Source: Candidatus Dojkabacteria bacterium
Lineage (GTDB): Bacteria; Patescibacteriota; Dojkabacteria; B142; OLB20
Direction of reading: 5' to 3'
Assembly (NCBI GenBank): GCA_035444565.1
Contig: DAOMOX010000001.1
Span: forward strand, 322,335 to 386,334
Length of the DNA: 64,000 nucleotides
In this document: positions 59,131 through 64,000 of the stretch, one piece after another
Numbering within the stretch: position 1 is the stretch's first letter
Layout of the letters: the number at the start of each line of letters is the position of its first letter
The notes under the pieces: generated by a model
Database searches by the model: none
Seen by the model: only the letters and a program-made list of their open reading frames with translations
What the model was told of the DNA's origin: nothing
Translations under genes and position numbers: made by a program

Positions 59131-61041
59131 ATGGATAAAGATAATCAATCAAAAAAAGTGGCGTTCTACAAAGATTCCACACATAAATTACTTGAACCAA
59201 ATGCTTGGGATAAATCAAAGGTCGTAGAGACAGAAATCTCTCGTATTTTGTCGGATACGTTGAACAACTGGAATAATGAAATCTCAGATTCTGAAATCCA
59301 ATTATCAATCCCAACAGAGCGGACCCATGGTGACTTTATGACCAACGTGGCTTTTCAATTAGCAGGGAAATTACATAGAAATCCGAAAGAAATCGCAGGT
59401 GAGATTATTGCAGAACTAGAAAAATCTACCGAACTGAAAGAATTCGTTGAGAAGATTGAACAAGCTGGTGCAGGGTTTATTAATTTCAGAGTAAGAAAAT
59501 CAGTATTAATCGAACTTGTTAAAAATACTGTGAGTGATATTAATGGGCAACTTGGAGTTCTTAAAGGGAAGAGAATCATGTTCGAGTACGGTCATCCTAA
59601 TCCTTTCAAAATGATTCATATTGGCCATTTACGGAATTTTGTACTTGGAGAATCTTTGATTAGAACGCTTGAATATTTGGGGGCAGACGTAATTAGAACG
59701 AATTATCAAGGTGATGTGGGAATGCATGTTGCAAAATCTGTGTGGGGAATGAAAGAAAAATTAAAAAACGAAGGATTAAAAATTGAAGAAGTTTCGGAGT
59801 GGAGTTTGGATAAGCGAGTGAAATTCATAGGAGAGGCATATGTCCTGGGAGCGTCTGCATACGAAAATGACGAAGTTAAAAAAACCGAAATCCAGCAAAT
59901 CAACACTGCAGTTTATACGGTTGTTCAAGGAAATCTAATCAAGAAGACGGGTTGGGAACCTACGAAGAAATATTCCGATTTCCTCACTTCCGAAATCAAT
60001 CTCGATGAAATAAGAAATCTTTGGGAGCTTGGGAAAAAGTGGAGTTTAGACGAATTTCATAGAATATACGATATGTTGTATTCGAGCTTTGATCGTGAGT
60101 ATATGGAATCCGAGACTTTGTACGAAAGTGACATAGCTGTCAAAGAAGCTCTAGAAAAAGGCGTTTTGGAGGAAAGTGAAGGTGCTGTGGTATTCAAGGG
60201 GGAGAAGTACGGACTCGATACTCGAGTGTTTATTAACTCTTTGGGATTGCCCACATATGAAGGTAAAGAGCTCGGATTGGCAAATCTGGAATTTACAGAT
60301 TTTGGAGAGATTGATTTATGTATTCACAACGTTGCGATTGAACAAATTAGCTTCTTTAAGGTCACGTTTAAAACCGAATCATTATTAAATCCAGAAAAAT
60401 TTGCTGGGAAACAGTACCATAATGCATATGAATTCGTAGGACTGAAAAGCGGAAAAATGTCATCACGGAAGGGTAGTGTGGTTCTTGCGAAAGATATTAT
60501 CAACGAAGCGAAAGGAATGCTGAAACCTTACTTGGAAAATCGTGATATGTCAGAAAGTGAGAAGGAAGACACATTACAAAAGATAGCGGTGGGTGCTATT
60601 AAATATTCGTTCTTAAGCATAAGTGCCTTTAAATATCTAGCATTTGATTTGGAGACAAGTGTCAATATGGAAGGGAATTCTGGTCCTTATGTTATGTATA
60701 CATTCGCCCGAGCAAATAAAATCGTTAGAGATGCGAGAAGTCACTTTGAAGAAGGTGATTTATCTTTGTTGACGAATCCAGAGGAAGTCGATTTGATGAG
60801 AGTATTGGCAACTTTCCAGACACAGGTAATCGAAACAGCTAAAAACCTATCCCCGAACACGCTATGTAATTATGTTTATGACTTGGCACAAACTTTCAAT
60901 GTGTTCTACAAAAAATATCCAATTCTTACGGAGAAAGACGAAAACATTAGGGATGCAAGGATTAATCTTACAGAAAGTACAGCGAAAGTTCTTCGAAAAA
61001 GCTTAGAATTATTAGGTATCAAGACGGTAGAGAAGATGTAA
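59131..61041 (+). CDS. argS: Arginine--tRNA ligase
   Basis: 636 aa. HPNPFKMIHIGHLRN (HIGH region). GKMSSRKG (KMSK-like). C-terminal DALR anticodon-binding domain. Confidence 0.85.
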   Translation: MDKDNQSKKVAFYKDSTHKLLEPNAWDKSKVVETEISRILSDTLNNWNNEISDSEIQLSIPTERTHGDFMTNVAFQLAGKLHRNPKEIAGEIIAELEKSTELKEFVEKIEQAGAGFINFRVRKSVLIELVKNTVSDINGQLGVLKGKRIMFEYGHPNPFKMIHIGHLRNFVLGESLIRTLEYLGADVIRTNYQGDVGMHVAKSVWGMKEKLKNEGLKIEEVSEWSLDKRVKFIGEAYVLGASAYENDEVKKTEIQQINTAVYTVVQGNLIKKTGWEPTKKYSDFLTSEINLDEIRNLWELGKKWSLDEFHRIYDMLYSSFDREYMESETLYESDIAVKEALEKGVLEESEGAVVFKGEKYGLDTRVFINSLGLPTYEGKELGLANLEFTDFGEIDLCIHNVAIEQISFFKVTFKTESLLNPEKFAGKQYHNAYEFVGLKSGKMSSRKGSVVLAKDIINEAKGMLKPYLENRDMSESEKEDTLQKIAVGAIKYSFLSISAFKYLAFDLETSVNMEGNSGPYVMYTFARANKIVRDARSHFEEGDLSLLTNPEEVDLMRVLATFQTQVIETAKNLSPNTLCNYVYDLAQTFNVFYKKYPILTEKDENIRDARINLTESTAKVLRKSLELLGIKTVEKM

Positions 61042-61049
61042 GGGGCGCA

Positions 61050-62825
61050 CTAAATAGTTTTTTCCGAATGTCTATTTTTGAAAGAATTTACTATCATACC
61101 TAAGAACAGGATTCCCGCTAATCCAATCAACCCAACTCCAACATAAATAACATATTGTGCATTTTGGCTAATTACAGGTGGAATGTTTGCTGTCTGAATA
61201 CGAAGTGTTAATTCGTCAATTATCAACTCCAGTCTATTCTTATCAATTTGGGGGTATAGAATTATTAATTCTTCGTGAGTGAATAATTCTGCACTCTCGA
61301 CCATAGTTTCAATGGCGTCAATTTCGAACTGAGGTGCTTCTAGACCGACTTGTTTACCGTAACTTGTACGTTGAACTGAAGGTGGAGAATCTGGGTCGAG
61401 AGAGGCGATGTGAGTGTAAAAATGATTTAAGTCTCCTCCGATCAATGATGGTCCTGATTCACCCCATGTAACATCAACACTCAACCACTCATTCATTCCT
61501 GGAAGATAGACCTGTACCCATTGATGTGCGTCTTGTTGATTTTCTCCAATTCGAGCATCATAGCCATATCCAAAAGCTGCCCTGGCAGGGATTCCTTGGG
61601 CTCTTGCCAAAGTCAAAAACAAATCCGAATATTCCATACAAACTGCAGCGCCTCCTTGTAGAGTTTTCAACGCACCCTGTCTGTCATTAATTCCAAAGCG
61701 TTTAATATCCGAATAGTCTATAGTGTCTACAATATGCGAATAGTTGGATTCAACAATAGAATAAATATTTGTTTCTTCAGCTTTCAATTCATTTGCTTTG
61801 CTAATTATTTCTGGATTATCAACCTCCCAGAACTCAGCTGGCTGCAAATACTGTGAGAAAATCGTGGAATCGATATCTGAAATTGTACCGCTATTTTCAG
61901 GAGTTGCTTGTACTTCAACTTTGTCGACTTGGGCGTAGCCCTCGATCAGAATTGTTTTATTTTCATGACTAGGAATTTTAAATGTTGCGATTAAGTTCCC
62001 GTCTTCGTCTTCAACAATTTGCTTTGGTAGAGGATCAAAAATTGTATAGAAAACTTTTTGTGTGGTTTCAGCTTCGTCAATATTTCGAGGTATCACTAGG
62101 TGGTATTCATTGGAGTACCCTTTGTTAATGGTGTCCGAAGCCATCACTTCTTGTTTGATGTTGAATTTATAATATTGTGTCTTTCCAATCTGAATCCATA
62201 TTTTGCCTCCCACTAGACTCTCTTGTGAAATCTCATAAACAATAAACTCTCCGTCCGTGGTAGTATTGGCAGGGGAGGGGACTACAAAACCAACATCTCC
62301 GAGAGATTTATTAAGTCTTATTATAGTCTTGTAATTGTAACTAGTAGAATTGCTTTCGAATTGGTAGTTCTCACTAAAACCTGGGGCATATATATCTAAG
62401 AGAGCACCAGTTTTTTTAGTCAGTCCTGTATTGGTGTATTCGATTTTAAATTGTTTCGATTGACCAATACCTATAGATCCGTCATATGGAATGTTGAGGT
62501 CAAGAGTATCAATTCCGGCATCCCCCTTATTGTTTTGAACTAATCTGCCGTCAATAAAACTTTTTGCCGATAAAAATGAAGTAGAAAGCTGATCTGTGTT
62601 TTCACTTAGTACAATTATTTGGAAAGTTTCTGTATTGTCTGAAGATATGAGTCTATTTTGTGAAGCATTCGTGATTTTCCTAGTCTCGGTAATGAAGATT
62701 TCGTTTGGAGAATTAATCTCGTAAATCTTTTCAATTTCTACATTAAAGTCAGCAGCAAATGCTTTTGTTTGAAAGCCAAATAGAAATAATATTGAAAATG
62801 CAATTATGAAAAATGCGCGCTTCAT
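61050..62825 (-). CDS. Transglutaminase-like domain protein with N-terminal signal and C-terminal TM
   Basis: 591 aa. Core AAVCMEYSDLFLTLARAQGIPARAAFGY...DAHQWVQVY...DVTWG (Cys-His-Asp transglutaminase-like fold). Confidence 0.6.
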   Translation of the reverse strand: MKRAFFIIAFSILFLFGFQTKAFAADFNVEIEKIYEINSPNEIFITETRKITNASQNRLISSDNTETFQIIVLSENTDQLSTSFLSAKSFIDGRLVQNNKGDAGIDTLDLNIPYDGSIGIGQSKQFKIEYTNTGLTKKTGALLDIYAPGFSENYQFESNSTSYNYKTIIRLNKSLGDVGFVVPSPANTTTDGEFIVYEISQESLVGGKIWIQIGKTQYYKFNIKQEVMASDTINKGYSNEYHLVIPRNIDEAETTQKVFYTIFDPLPKQIVEDEDGNLIATFKIPSHENKTILIEGYAQVDKVEVQATPENSGTISDIDSTIFSQYLQPAEFWEVDNPEIISKANELKAEETNIYSIVESNYSHIVDTIDYSDIKRFGINDRQGALKTLQGGAAVCMEYSDLFLTLARAQGIPARAAFGYGYDARIGENQQDAHQWVQVYLPGMNEWLSVDVTWGESGPSLIGGDLNHFYTHIASLDPDSPPSVQRTSYGKQVGLEAPQFEIDAIETMVESAELFTHEELIILYPQIDKNRLELIIDELTLRIQTANIPPVISQNAQYVIYVGVGLIGLAGILFLGMIVNSFKNRHSEKTI

Positions 62826-63070
62826 TTTTTCATCTAAAGGAATATATTAAATAATATCAGGAAATCCACCCGAAGTTACAGAGAACTTAAAAAATGAAAT
62901 CTCATGATTTCTCTAAACACTCTTTTATAAGTCGTTTAGAATGGATTCTTAACAACATAAATTAATTCAGGTTTAATTGTTAATTTTCTTAAAATAGTGA
63001 ATACTTTCAGTATTTCAACTGTTATGTTAAATTTATGTACTATTAATGGCTAAATATTTTTACCAACAGC

Positions 63071-64000
63071 ATGAGAAAAAGACGCAAGCCCAAACCAACT
63101 TATGACAGTGAAGAAACAAAAGTTGTTATCGGATTAATCTTTTTGTTTATTTCGATTATTATTACTTTGAGTTACTTTTTAACCGGACCATTATTCGTAT
63201 TCGTGAAGTCACTTAGTGGGACTGGTACCGCCCTACTTTCAGGATTCTTCTTGCTATTTGCATTATATTTGTTCAAAGCGTCTATTCCTTTTGCTACAAA
63301 GCGTTCTGTCTTTGGGATGTTGCTTCTCACAGTATCCTTTTCTTCAATTATGGCTTCACTTTTCTCTTCATCTGGGGATGAAAGGGCACTAAAGTACGGT
63401 GGATTAATAGGCTTCCATGTCTATAATTTCATCAACGAACGACTTTTTTTAAATTTCACTCCGGTATTTTTGGTTTTCGTAATGGCATTCTCTTTACCAT
63501 TAGTAATGTCTGTCAGTTTTGTAGTCTTCTTTGAAAAAATCGGCCGTGGATTTAGTTGGTTAATTGAAAAAATCAGAAAAGATAAAAGTGGCGACCCAGC
63601 TACTTTGTCACCATCCACTGAAATCAATACTTTTGGTGATTTTCGTAGACAAAACAACATGCCAGCAAATAAAGTCACAAATGTTAGCGATAAAGAACAA
63701 GACAAGCCACAGTCTGTAGCTAAAATGTCTGGGGACAAACAGTCTGGGCCGAAAGTCGCAATTGTAGAAAAATCCGTAGAAGGAGCGTTTGTAAACGAAG
63801 AGTTACTTTATCCTAATTGGAAATTACCTCCTGCTGATATCTTAGATTCATTCAAAAAGAAAAAACCATCACAAGCCAACATCAATAAAAATGCAGACAT
63901 TATCGAGCAAACACTTAAAAGTTTTGGGGTAAAAGCAAGTGTGGTTGATGTTTTAATCGGGCCTACTGTTACGCAGTACGCTTTGGATATTGCATTAGGA
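63071..64000 (+). CDS. ftsK: DNA translocase FtsK/SpoIIIE (N-terminal part; continues beyond window)
   Basis: Not in ORF track (runs off edge). ATG at 63071. Four N-terminal TM. Linker then LPPADILD...IEQTLKSFGVKASVVDVLIGPTVTQYALDIALG matches the FtsK alpha-domain start. Confidence 0.75.
   Translation, partial: MRKRRKPKPTYDSEETKVVIGLIFLFISIIITLSYFLTGPLFVFVKSLSGTGTALLSGFFLLFALYLFKASIPFATKRSVFGMLLLTVSFSSIMASLFSSSGDERALKYGGLIGFHVYNFINERLFLNFTPVFLVFVMAFSLPLVMSVSFVVFFEKIGRGFSWLIEKIRKDKSGDPATLSPSTEINTFGDFRRQNNMPANKVTNVSDKEQDKPQSVAKMSGDKQSGPKVAIVEKSVEGAFVNEELLYPNWKLPPADILDSFKKKKPSQANINKNADIIEQTLKSFGVKASVVDVLIGPTVTQYALDIALG

Noticed and set aside
63421-63738. 105-aa minus-strand ORF
   Set aside because: Antisense to the clearly coding ftsK frame on the plus strand.
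1-64000. CRISPR arrays, rRNA genes, transposases, integrases and reverse transcriptases (DGR)
   Set aside because: I scanned intergenic regions and the ORF list. I found no regularly spaced direct repeats, no rRNA-like segments, and no ORF with transposase, integrase or RT motifs. The tRNA-linked repeats therefore lack a cis-encoded recombinase.

Overview
This is a 64-kb low-GC (~35%) bacterial chromosome segment, all called from sequence by eye with no database searches. The gene content suggests a small-genome lineage, possibly CPR/Patescibacteria, but this is a guess.

Housekeeping genes dominate: holA, murJ, pnp, ruvX, mltG, rpsO, ftsQ-ftsA-ftsZ, rpoD, MTHFS, rpmH-rnpA, rpsG, rpsL, rpoC, rpoB, yidD, dnaA-dnaN (with DnaA boxes), FemAB, DegT, pcrA, dnaG, argS and a partial ftsK at the 3' edge. 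Two tRNAs are present, Asn-GTT and Arg-GCG. There is no rRNA and no CRISPR array. No integrase, transposase or reverse transcriptase was recognised.

Non-housekeeping content:
- A tandem block on the minus strand (6282-14976) holds three paralogous secreted right-handed beta-helix (DUF1565/pectate-lyase-like) enzymes and one S8 subtilisin. Three of the four end in a near-identical Cys-containing dockerin-like Ca-binding module.
- A sortase and a distant LPXTG-anchored protein with a possible cohesin-like fold raise the hypothesis of a sortase-anchored cohesin/dockerin surface-display system.
- Both tRNA genes are followed by a ~105-bp structured element and then a direct repeat of the tRNA 3' end. 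The two elements share conserved flanks around a covarying hairpin.
- Three tandem small Cys-motif paralogs sit at 16948-17845.
- A pair of Cys-rich membrane paralogs sits at 52589-54114.

Most small overlapping ORFs in the supplied track are spurious shadow ORFs.
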